This document shows, piece by piece, positions 10,382 through 19,363 of a DNA stretch of 64,000 nt. The notes under the pieces are model-generated. The model did no database searches. It was not told the DNA's origin and saw only the letters and a program-made list of their open reading frames with translations. Position 1 is the stretch's first letter. Each line of letters starts with the position of its first letter. The DNA comes from an uncultured Akkermansia sp. (GTDB lineage Bacteria > Verrucomicrobiota > Verrucomicrobiia > Verrucomicrobiales > DEV007): assembly GCA_964583035.1 (NCBI GenBank), contig CAZOUP010000003.1, positions 25,109-89,108 of the forward strand. The letters run 5' to 3'. A program made the translations under genes and the position numbers.

Positions 10382-12061
10382 TTGTACTCGAACGAAACCT
10401 ACCTTCTTGATCTGTTGCAGGAGGCTCATCTGTTCGATGATGCCGCCCTTGAAGATGTAAGTCACAAGAAAAAAGCACAGGACTCCACGCTTCAGGGCCT
10501 GCTCGCGCTAAACCTCATCAACGACGAACAGATTGCCGAGGTCCTCGCGAGCAACTGCGGGATGGATTATGTCGAGTTGCGTAAGCTCGACATCGATCCT
10601 TCGGTCGCGCAACACGTGCCTGCCGATTCTGCGGTCCGCTTCGGGATCGTTCCCATCGCCGAAGGCGGGGGAACCCTCGTCATCGCGGTGACTGACCCGA
10701 TGGATTTCGATGCCCTCGACTCGGTTCGTCACGTGCTTTCCGTCGAGCCTGAGTTTGTGGTCGCATCGGAATCATCGATCAAGCAGCGTCAACTGGACTT
10801 TTATCAGAACGAACTCGATGCCGATCAGCTGAGAAAAATTGACTCCGAAGCGGTTGCGGTGACGCAAGGCGACTCCGGCGGCGATGGGGACGCTCCGATC
10901 ATTAAGCTGGTTTATCAGATCCTGCAGGAAGCTTATCAGAACCGGGCGTCGGATATTCACATCGAGCCGATGGAAGAAGAAATGCGGGTCCGATATCGAA
11001 TCGATGGCTCGCTTCACAAAGTGCAGAGCCACCCGCTGCGACTGCTTTCCTCCGTGGTGAGCCGGATCAAAATCATGACCGGCACAATGGCGATCTCTGA
11101 GAAGCGACTTCCTCAGGATGGCCGAATTCAGGCGAAGTTCGGCAGTGGTGATCTTGACCTTCGTGTTTCGACGGTGCCGACTTCCTGCGGAGAAAGCATC
11201 GTCATGCGTATTCTTGATAAGAGCTCGCTGACGATCGGCCTCCCGCAACTCGGTTTCTTCAGTGATGACCAGGCTAAGTTCAATGAACTTATCCGCCTTC
11301 CCGATGGTATTATCCTCGTGACAGGCCCAACCGGTTCCGGCAAGACGACAACGCTCTATGCCTGTCTCAATGCGATCAATAAATCCGACCGGAAAATCAT
11401 CACGGTTGAGGATCCGGTCGAGTATCTGCTCTCGGGAATTAATCAGGTTCAAGTGAAGGAGGCGATCGGGATGACTTTCGCCGCCGCCCTTCGTGCCATT
11501 CTGCGACAGGCACCGAACATCATCATGATTGGTGAGATTCGTGACCTTGAGACGGCTTCGATTGCGATCAACGCTTCTCTCACCGGTCACCTCGTTTTCA
11601 GTACTTTGCACACGAATGATGCGCCGGCCGCAGTCGCGCGTCTCGCTGATATCGGGGTGAAAAAATTCCTCATCGCGAGTGCGGTTCGCTCCATCATGGC
11701 GCAACGACTCGTGCGGACTATTTGCGCAGATTGTGAGACCCAGGGTGAACTTACGGAAAAAGACGTGACTGCCCTTCGGTTGACACAGGAGCAGATTGCA
11801 AAGGCTGAAGTGAAAATGGGTGAAGGTTGTCGCACGTGCCGCATGACTGGTTTCAAGGGCCGGAAAGGTCTCTTTGAGATTTTCAACATTGATGAGGAAA
11901 TGAGACTTCTCATTAATGCGGACGAATCGACTTCAGGCCTGCGGAAGCGAGCCCGTGAGTTGGGGATGCGGACATTGCGCGAGGATGGCGTTCGAAAAGT
12001 TTTGGCCGGAACGACGACGGCATCAGAGGTCATTCGCGTGACCATGTCAGACTCAGATTGA
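10382..12061 (+). CDS. GspE/PilB-family secretion/pilus assembly ATPase (copy 1)
   Basis: ASDIHIEP, RLPQDGR, GPTGSGKTTT, TVEDPVE, GEIRD, STLHTND, CxxC...CxxC. Start uncertain: the ORF extends to 10325 and TTG 10382 was chosen. Confidence 0.92.
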   Translation: MYSNETYLLDLLQEAHLFDDAALEDVSHKKKAQDSTLQGLLALNLINDEQIAEVLASNCGMDYVELRKLDIDPSVAQHVPADSAVRFGIVPIAEGGGTLVIAVTDPMDFDALDSVRHVLSVEPEFVVASESSIKQRQLDFYQNELDADQLRKIDSEAVAVTQGDSGGDGDAPIIKLVYQILQEAYQNRASDIHIEPMEEEMRVRYRIDGSLHKVQSHPLRLLSSVVSRIKIMTGTMAISEKRLPQDGRIQAKFGSGDLDLRVSTVPTSCGESIVMRILDKSSLTIGLPQLGFFSDDQAKFNELIRLPDGIILVTGPTGSGKTTTLYACLNAINKSDRKIITVEDPVEYLLSGINQVQVKEAIGMTFAAALRAILRQAPNIIMIGEIRDLETASIAINASLTGHLVFSTLHTNDAPAAVARLADIGVKKFLIASAVRSIMAQRLVRTICADCETQGELTEKDVTALRLTQEQIAKAEVKMGEGCRTCRMTGFKGRKGLFEIFNIDEEMRLLINADESTSGLRKRARELGMRTLREDGVRKVLAGTTTASEVIRVTMSDSD

Positions 12062-12100
12062 GTTGAAAGGGAGAAGTAAGAATCCAGATTTTTCAGGTAT

Positions 12101-13804
12101 ATGACCGTTGAAAGTGTAATTGATCTTTTGATCTCAAGGGGACTCATCGATGACTCGCAGCGCGGAGACTACATCGCTGCGGCGCAGGCGAGCGAGAACG
12201 ACATCACCTACGCAGTTGAGGAAATGGGGGTGATCCAACGGGATCAACTCTTTCAGCTCGTGGCGCAGGATATTGGAGGGGAGTTCTATGATCTCACTGA
12301 GTTTGAGCCAGCCCCCGTAGTGCTCAAGGCAGTCCCGGCCGGAACGGCGAAACTCTACCAGTGTATCCCGATCCAGTTTCTCGAGGCCGGCTTGCAGGTG
12401 GCGATTGCCAACCCGCTTGATCCTCAGAACCTGGAGGAGCTTGGGTTTTCCCTGAACCAAACCATCGTTCCAGCTGTTGCTCCGCCGGAGCAAATCGCCG
12501 CGCTGATTGATAAGTTTTATTATGGCGGTGGGGCAGAGTCTGCTGCCGGGGCTGACGGCGGCACCGGCGGGGGCGAAAGCGATGCTCTCGCGGCAATTCG
12601 CGCTGAAGTGGCTTCGCTTTCCGAAGACGATCTTGAGGAAGAGTCGAATTCTGCGCCCATTATTCGATACGTGGATCTCGTTCTCTATCAGGCGATTAAA
12701 GAGAAGGCTTCCGATGTTCACTTTGAGCCGTTCGAAGACGATTTCAAGATTCGCTACCGCGTCGATGGGGCCCTCTATGAGATGGCTCCGCCTCCGCAGC
12801 ATTTGAAGCAGGCAATTGTTTCCCGAATCAAGGTGATGTCCGCCTTGAATATTGCGGAGACCCGCTTGCCACAGGATGGCCGGATCACGAAGGAGATCAA
12901 CGGTCAACCAATCGACATGCGCGTCTCGACGCTCCCGACGGCCTTCGGTGAAAGTGTCGTCCTCCGGGTCCTCGACCGATCGAACGTGAATCTTGATCTA
13001 GAGGCCCTCAACCTCACTTCCGATCTGTTCGAATATATCACGGACACGATTGTGAAGCCGAACGGGATTTTTATCTGTACAGGGCCTACCGGCGCAGGAA
13101 AGACAACCACCCTTTACGCCTGTCTCCGGCGGATTAACACGGAGGATTCGAAGCTTCTCACCGCCGAAGATCCGGTGGAGTATGATATCGATGGCATCAT
13201 GCAGGTGCCGGTGAATGAGGCGATCGGATTGAATTTCGGTCGAGTCCTAAGGGCATTCCTTCGACAGGATCCAGATCGTATTCTGGTGGGGGAGATGCGT
13301 GACCTTGAGACCGCTCAGATCGCAATTCAGGCCTCCTTAACCGGTCACCTCGTGCTTTCGACCCTGCACACCAACGATGCTCCCGGTGCCGTCACTCGAT
13401 TGGTGGACATGGGCTGTGAGCCGTTCCTTGTTGCCGCAACGCTGGAGGGTATCCTCGGTCAGCGTCTTCTCCGTCGGATTTGTCCGGATTGCAAGGTGGC
13501 TTATCAGCCGACTGCTGCGGTCTTGCGTCAGTTGGGGCTCACTGCCGCGGATACCGGAGGAAACGAATTCTTTACTGGGCAGGGTTGTGATACTTGCAAT
13601 GATACCGGCTATAAAGGACGACAGGGTTTGTTCGAATTGCTCGACATGACTGACCCTATTCGGGAAATGGTGGCGCAGCGGGCCGCGACGGTGGTGTTGA
13701 AGCAAAAAGCTCAGGAGCTTGGGATGAAGACGCTCCGTGAGGATGGATTAAGAAATATTTTTCAGGGAATCACCACGATTGAAGAGGTTCTGAAATATAC
13801 CTAA
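12101..13804 (+). CDS. GspE/PilB-family secretion/pilus assembly ATPase (copy 2)
   Basis: ASDVHFEP, RLPQDGR, GPTGAGKTTT, TAEDPVE, LRQDPD, GEMRD, STLHTND, CPDC...CDTC. Confidence 0.94.
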   Translation: MTVESVIDLLISRGLIDDSQRGDYIAAAQASENDITYAVEEMGVIQRDQLFQLVAQDIGGEFYDLTEFEPAPVVLKAVPAGTAKLYQCIPIQFLEAGLQVAIANPLDPQNLEELGFSLNQTIVPAVAPPEQIAALIDKFYYGGGAESAAGADGGTGGGESDALAAIRAEVASLSEDDLEEESNSAPIIRYVDLVLYQAIKEKASDVHFEPFEDDFKIRYRVDGALYEMAPPPQHLKQAIVSRIKVMSALNIAETRLPQDGRITKEINGQPIDMRVSTLPTAFGESVVLRVLDRSNVNLDLEALNLTSDLFEYITDTIVKPNGIFICTGPTGAGKTTTLYACLRRINTEDSKLLTAEDPVEYDIDGIMQVPVNEAIGLNFGRVLRAFLRQDPDRILVGEMRDLETAQIAIQASLTGHLVLSTLHTNDAPGAVTRLVDMGCEPFLVAATLEGILGQRLLRRICPDCKVAYQPTAAVLRQLGLTAADTGGNEFFTGQGCDTCNDTGYKGRQGLFELLDMTDPIREMVAQRAATVVLKQKAQELGMKTLREDGLRNIFQGITTIEEVLKYT

Positions 13805-13886
13805 GTGGACAGGGCCTCGCTCGATTTCAATCGACAGGTGCTCCCCTAACACGGTAAAAAGAGATAAATTTAGAGAAGAAAACACT

Positions 13887-15152
13887 ATGGCGAATTTCGA
13901 ATACATTGCCCTGGATGCAAAGGGGGAAGAAACAACCGGGTCGATCAAAGCGAACGACGAAGCGGATGCAATTTCGCAGCTGCGGAAATCAGGACTTTAT
14001 CCGACTCAGGTCGTGGCAGCTGGCAAAGGCGGAGTCTCCGGCAGCGCCAAGAAAAAAGTAAAAAAGGGACAAAAGGGAAAGGGTACGGCAATTGGCGGCA
14101 AGGTGAACGGGAAAGTCCTCATGATTTTCACCCGACAGCTTGCGACTCTTGTCGATGCTGGACTGCCGTTATTGCGGGGTCTTTCGGTGCTTGGAAAGCA
14201 GGAAACCAATAAGGTGATGGCGAGCACGATCAATCACCTTGCTGACTCGGTTGCCGGCGGTTCGACTTTTTCGGAGAGTCTTGGTCAGCACCCGAAGGTG
14301 TTTGATAAACTCTACGTGAACATGGTCAAAGCGGGTGAGCTTGGCGGTGTTCTTGAACTCGTTTTGATTCGTCTCGCGGAATATTCCGAAAAAGCGCAAA
14401 AGCTGAAAAACCGAATTGTCGCGGCAATGGTTTATCCAATCATCGTGATTGTCATTGCGGTCGGTATTCTCGTTTTCCTCATGGCGGTCATCGTGCCTCG
14501 TTTCGAGCGCATTTTCGAAGAGATGTTAGGTGACAAGCCCTTGCCGGCAATCACGCAGGTCGTCATCAGTATGAGTCGCTGGATTCAAGACAAGTGGCTC
14601 GTGATCCTTATCGGAGGTGCCATTTTGTATGCGGGCTGGAATGTGTTCTCGAGAACCCACGCCGGGCGCCGGATTATTGATCGTTGGAAGCTCTACTTTC
14701 CTGTTTTCGGACCGGTTCAGTTGAAGAGTGCAATCTCACGTTTCACGCGAACTCTCGGGACCCTGGTGACCAGCGGTGTTCCAATTCTTCAGGCGCTGAA
14801 CATCACCCGCGATACAGCGGGTAATGTGATCGTGTCCGACGCAATCGAGAAAGTTCACGAGGCGGTTAAAGAAGGTGAATCAGTCGTCGCTCCCCTTGAA
14901 GCGAGCCGGATTTTCCCTCCCATGGTGATCAGTATGGTTGACGTCGGTGAAGAGACAGGCCAGTTGCCTGATATGCTTTTGAAGATCGCTGACGTTTACG
15001 ATGATGAGGTCGATAACGCAGTTGATGCCATGACCTCAATGATTGAGCCGATCATGATCGTCCTCCTGGCCGGTATTGTCGGAACCATCGTTATCGCGCT
15101 CTTCATGCCGATGATCTCGATCATCACCGAGATGAACAACCAGTCCGGTTAA
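13887..15152 (+). CDS. GspF/PilC-family inner-membrane platform protein
   Basis: FTRQLATLVDAGLPL, MVKAGELGG, AMVYP, VGEETGQL, IEP...ALFMP; three TM segments. Confidence 0.95.
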   Translation: MANFEYIALDAKGEETTGSIKANDEADAISQLRKSGLYPTQVVAAGKGGVSGSAKKKVKKGQKGKGTAIGGKVNGKVLMIFTRQLATLVDAGLPLLRGLSVLGKQETNKVMASTINHLADSVAGGSTFSESLGQHPKVFDKLYVNMVKAGELGGVLELVLIRLAEYSEKAQKLKNRIVAAMVYPIIVIVIAVGILVFLMAVIVPRFERIFEEMLGDKPLPAITQVVISMSRWIQDKWLVILIGGAILYAGWNVFSRTHAGRRIIDRWKLYFPVFGPVQLKSAISRFTRTLGTLVTSGVPILQALNITRDTAGNVIVSDAIEKVHEAVKEGESVVAPLEASRIFPPMVISMVDVGEETGQLPDMLLKIADVYDDEVDNAVDAMTSMIEPIMIVLLAGIVGTIVIALFMPMISIITEMNNQSG

Positions 15153-15236
15153 GACGCAGAATTAGTAGTTATTCGATGTGGGTAAAGCAGCAAAGGCATT
15201 GACCAAAATACCTCGGTTCGAACTTAAAAAAGGATT

Positions 15237-15839
15237 ATGATGAAACCTAAGGCAAAAGCAAGACATTCACTGGGCTTCAGCATGGTCGAGTTAATGACCG
15301 TGATTGGGATAATGGTTGTGTTAGCAGGGATCCTGATAGCTTCGTTACCTGGTATTCAATCAAGAATAAATCGACAGAAGGTCGAAAGCTTTCTCGCAGA
15401 GTTAGAAGCTGGGTTGTCCGTTTATCAAATTGATAATGGGATTTATCCGCAGAATCCCCCTTCAGGTGATCGTGACTCCGCCGGATTCGAGGGGTCACAC
15501 GTTCTTTACAAGCACCTCTCGGGAGATTGGAACCTTGATGGTGAAGCTGACACTACAGACAATGCTGCGGGTAAAGATGAGAAGGTGTATGTTCAAAGAT
15601 TAACCTTCGATGAAAATGAGCAGTCGAAAGATCCGCGATCAACTGACATTGGTGGAAGATTTAGAATTATCGACTCTTATGGGAGTCCAATTCGTTATCT
15701 TGCTGAGCCTCCTAATGTGAAGTCTAGTGACCGTGATAGGGAGATGCGAAACCCAACTTACGATCTGTGGTCTGTTACCGACGCTGATCTTGATGACCCA
15801 GAGGACGAGGCGAAATACATCACGAATTGGGGTAATTAA
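15237..15839 (+). CDS. Type IV pilin / GspG-like pseudopilin
   Basis: Basic leader followed by the prepilin site G|FSMVE (F+1, E+5) and a hydrophobic helix; GspG-like DSYGSPIRY and YDLWS. Confidence 0.88.
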   Translation: MMKPKAKARHSLGFSMVELMTVIGIMVVLAGILIASLPGIQSRINRQKVESFLAELEAGLSVYQIDNGIYPQNPPSGDRDSAGFEGSHVLYKHLSGDWNLDGEADTTDNAAGKDEKVYVQRLTFDENEQSKDPRSTDIGGRFRIIDSYGSPIRYLAEPPNVKSSDRDREMRNPTYDLWSVTDADLDDPEDEAKYITNWGN

Positions 15840-15928
15840 CCGCCTCCCGGCTCCTGTCCATTCGCTTTGGGATTGTAAATCGGCCTAGAATCCTTCGGGA
15901 ATCTGTGTAATCTGAAGGTCCTAACCGG

Positions 15929-17551
15929 ATGACTTCAGAGGAGAGACAATTCAAAAGGGTCCTTAAGACCAGCTATTTCCATCGTCAATGGGGTGATGAA
16001 ATGATCGGTTCGTGGGCTTTAGTATTTGTCGGGAGCACGAACGGGCGTGAAATCGGTTGGAAATTCAGCGTTGGTGACGAAGTTGAAACTCAGCGGGGTT
16101 ACTTTAATTCCGTGAGGCAACGCTTTGAGCTTGGGAAAAAAATGGCGGGTTGTGGTTCCCTTCTCAAGTCTCTCGAAGAGGGGGAAGGGAAAGAGTGTTC
16201 GCTTTTTGCCGGCTTGATTGAAGGCGAGCCTTTCTCGATCTACCTGAGACGAACGCATCCTTCGATTAGGGGCACTCTCGGTCTGCTCCGAAATGTGGTC
16301 GCGCAACTCAGGGAGCTTAGGCAAGCCCCGAGGTTGCTTTCTAATTTGGCACCTGACGATTTTCTCGTTCGGAGTCGCCATGGCGCATCGCTGGAGGCTG
16401 AGCTTCATCCTGTCTTCTCTGTGATTCGGGAAGAGATCTCGAAGAGCGACTTCGAGATAGCCTGTTTTTGGGGGGAGTGGGTCGCAAGCATTTATGGTAC
16501 GGCGAAGGACGGATGGCAACGGGAGATCTCTGACTATGATCCTCTCTCGCAGCGCCCTTTTCGAAAACTCCTGAAAGCAATGCAGTCAGGCCGTGAGCTG
16601 GGCATGGGGGAGGCGCTTGAGGAATTGGAGCGCTGTCTTCGTCGGGAGGCTGATTCCTTGAGGCCTTCGAATAACCGGCTTGGGGATTTGCCTGCGGTTC
16701 CGATAGGACCGGTGAGAGCGTTCCTCATGGAGTCGCTCTCAGTGGAGTACCCAGAGAAGCTTGCCGGAGATGACCAATCAGAGATTGCCCCGATCGCATC
16801 TTCGTTCGTGCTTCCTCTGAAAGGGGAGCCTGAATCTGAAGATTTCCGTCAGGGGGCCTTGTTGCCCCCGGAAGGCTGGTTCGGCGACTCACTCATTCAT
16901 GACGTGAACCGGAAAATGGCGATTCCGTTTTTAAGCAACCATCCTAACACTTTTCGAACTCGCGCGCTTCTCTGTGAAGAGGATTTCACCCTCTTGATTT
17001 CAACGAGAGCGCCCGGAATTCCGCTTCCTGCCCTGCTGGAGTTGAGAGGCGGGGTTGACACTGCCGATGTCCTGAGGCTTGCAGGAAAGATTTGCCGCGC
17101 TCTCGATCAGTTCGACAGTGCTGAATTCGAATTTGAGCTGGAAAGTCCGTGGCAGATTGAGATCTACCAATTGAAAGGGGCTGCCGCTTCTGAGTGGAAC
17201 TCCTTTGTGAGGGAACCATGTAGCGACTGGCCGGCTTGGGATATTCGGGTGCGGGTTGAAGTTCCGACCGAGGCTATTCTTGAACCTTCGGAAAAATCTT
17301 CGTGGCTCTTTCTCTTAGAGAGGATGAAAGGGAAATCATTCCCGACGCTGCTTGCCTGGATGCTTGAATGGCGCCGCCTTGAGTGGGCGGCCAATGAAGG
17401 GGCGCTCGAGCGTGAGCCGATCAGCTGGGACAAACGCTTCGAATCACTTTTTGAGGCTGCCCCTGAGCATTTTGAGTCATTGAATCCTTCTCACCGAGAA
17501 CGCCTCCTGAAACTTGTTTCTGAAGGCTATGGGATGGCTTCTGCGGATTGA
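15929..17551 (+). CDS. Hypothetical protein; apparent tandem degenerate Ser/Thr protein-kinase folds (pseudokinase)
   Basis: Two segments echo Hanks subdomains IV-VIb (IEGEPFSIYLRR...LLSNLAPDDFLV; NHPNT...PGIPLPALL...ICRALD...LESPWQIEI); no HRD or DFG. Confidence 0.6.
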   Translation: MTSEERQFKRVLKTSYFHRQWGDEMIGSWALVFVGSTNGREIGWKFSVGDEVETQRGYFNSVRQRFELGKKMAGCGSLLKSLEEGEGKECSLFAGLIEGEPFSIYLRRTHPSIRGTLGLLRNVVAQLRELRQAPRLLSNLAPDDFLVRSRHGASLEAELHPVFSVIREEISKSDFEIACFWGEWVASIYGTAKDGWQREISDYDPLSQRPFRKLLKAMQSGRELGMGEALEELERCLRREADSLRPSNNRLGDLPAVPIGPVRAFLMESLSVEYPEKLAGDDQSEIAPIASSFVLPLKGEPESEDFRQGALLPPEGWFGDSLIHDVNRKMAIPFLSNHPNTFRTRALLCEEDFTLLISTRAPGIPLPALLELRGGVDTADVLRLAGKICRALDQFDSAEFEFELESPWQIEIYQLKGAAASEWNSFVREPCSDWPAWDIRVRVEVPTEAILEPSEKSSWLFLLERMKGKSFPTLLAWMLEWRRLEWAANEGALEREPISWDKRFESLFEAAPEHFESLNPSHRERLLKLVSEGYGMASAD

Positions 17552-17677
17552 TCCATTGTGTGCTGCTCGTTACCCTGGTGAAAAACACTGGCGATCCAGT
17601 CTTCTCCCGCGTAGCTTCGACCGCTCTGTGGGGAGGGTGGTGTCCTCGCTTCACGAGAGAAAAAGAGTATTCGAACT

Positions 17678-18781
17678 ATGGATTTTATTAATTTGAAGTC
17701 ACAACAAAGCCGCATCCGTGAGTCGATTGATCGGAGGCTGGCCGCCGTTTTAGATCACGGGCGCTACATCCTGGGCCCCGAAGTCTCGGAGCTGGAGGAA
17801 GAGCTCTCCGAATTTGTCGGATGCAAGCATACGATCGGGGTCTCTTCTGGAACCGACTCTTTGTTGATTGCGCTGATGGCTTTAGAGATCGGCCCTGGTG
17901 ATGAAGTGATCACAGTTCCCTACACGTGGATTTCCACGGCGGAAGTGATTGCTCTGGCCGGGGCGACTCCGGTTTTTGTCGATATCGATCCAGACACCTG
18001 GAACATGGATCCGGATGAGTTGAAATCCGCGATCACCGATAAGACCAAAGCAATCATGCCAGTCGGCATCTATGGGCAGACCGCAGACATGACTGCGATC
18101 AACCGCATTGCTCAAGAGGCCGGGGGAATTCCCGTGATCGAAGATGCGGCCCAGAGTTTCGGCGCCACGCATCACGGAAAACAATCAGGAGGCTTAGGCA
18201 CGATTGGCAGCACCTCTTTCTTTCCTTCCAAACCATTGGGAGGCTACGGCGATGGCGGGGCGATTTTCACAGATGATGATGGGCTGGCCGAAAAAATGCG
18301 ATGGATACATCTGCATGGGCAGTCGGGAAAAAATCATCACCCGGTCCTCGGATTGAACGGTCGCCTCGACTCGATGCAGGCTGCGGTTGTTCTTGCGAAG
18401 CTTGAGATTTTCGAAGAGGAAATCGACCTTCGGGGGGAGGTGGGTGAAAATTATTCAAGATTACTCGCGGATGCACCGGTGACGCCCCCGGTCGTTGCTC
18501 AAGGCAACACCTCGGTCTATGCGCAGTACACGATTCTCTCGAAATCCCGCGATCAGATTCAGGCACGACTCGGCGAGGAGAATATTCCATCAGTGGCCTA
18601 CTATTCTGTTCCACTGCATCTGCAGCCGGTGTTTGACGCGCTCGGACATCAGGTGGGTGACTTCCCGGTCACGGAGAAAGTGGCGGCTCTGGGCTTGAGT
18701 CTTCCCATGAGCCCGTATGTAAAGCCATCTGATCAGGAGAGAATCGCCGGAGTGATTTTATCCGCTTTGAGTGAAGGCTGA
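17678..18781 (+). CDS. DegT/DnrJ/EryC1/StrS PLP-dependent sugar aminotransferase (WbpE-like)
   Basis: YILGPEV, SSGTDSL, IEDAAQSFG, SFFPSKPLGGYGDGG (PLP Lys), NGRLDSMQAA. Confidence 0.95.
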   Translation: MDFINLKSQQSRIRESIDRRLAAVLDHGRYILGPEVSELEEELSEFVGCKHTIGVSSGTDSLLIALMALEIGPGDEVITVPYTWISTAEVIALAGATPVFVDIDPDTWNMDPDELKSAITDKTKAIMPVGIYGQTADMTAINRIAQEAGGIPVIEDAAQSFGATHHGKQSGGLGTIGSTSFFPSKPLGGYGDGGAIFTDDDGLAEKMRWIHLHGQSGKNHHPVLGLNGRLDSMQAAVVLAKLEIFEEEIDLRGEVGENYSRLLADAPVTPPVVAQGNTSVYAQYTILSKSRDQIQARLGEENIPSVAYYSVPLHLQPVFDALGHQVGDFPVTEKVAALGLSLPMSPYVKPSDQERIAGVILSALSEG

Positions 18782-19012
18782 CCTGTCGCAAGGCACATTG
18801 TCACCGGCCCCGTCCGATCAGAAAGGGATGCGGTTGTGGAAACGGACCTTATCACCGCGGATGCGTCTAGCGACGCCTCTGATCTTCTCGACGGATTTCA
18901 CGTGATTGTTCATGCGGCGGATTTCCCTGCTCCGTTTAGAAGATTGTCGAAATGGGCAGCCGACCTACCCCTACGCCACATTAGCGGACTTCAGTTGAGG
19001 CGTTTCTCCTAA
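18782..19012 (+). pseudogene. Possible relic of an NAD-dependent epimerase/dehydratase (extended SDR), N-terminal part
   Basis: Stop-free stretch with no credible start, directly after the degT stop, reads ARHIVTGPVRSERD...DLLDGFHVIVHAA, resembling GHEVTGLVRS...LDGVDVVVHLAA; no GxxGxxG. Confidence 0.4.
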
Positions 19013-19363
19013 ATTCGTCGCTCGCGTCATCCAATCCAACATAATCAATCCCTTTGATTTTACGCCGGAAGTGGGACACATCAAAAATTTACTTCAGCAT
19101 GAACCAAACTTATTCTTCCGACTCTGATAGCAGGATTTACAGAAAAGCATTGCGCAGGATCCTACTCTCCTAGGTGAATGTGATGCAGAGTATGCGGAAC
19201 CGCGAAGTTTCGTATAATTTTATGACTCCTGAGAAACACGGGACTCCGCATGGGCCACGAGGTCGGGCCTGACGGGCTTTTAATTGCGGACGCGTTGATA
19301 GAGTCTAGGATGATCCCCGTTATATCGAGTTTTGGGGAAATAACTTTAAAAAGTGATAAATTA

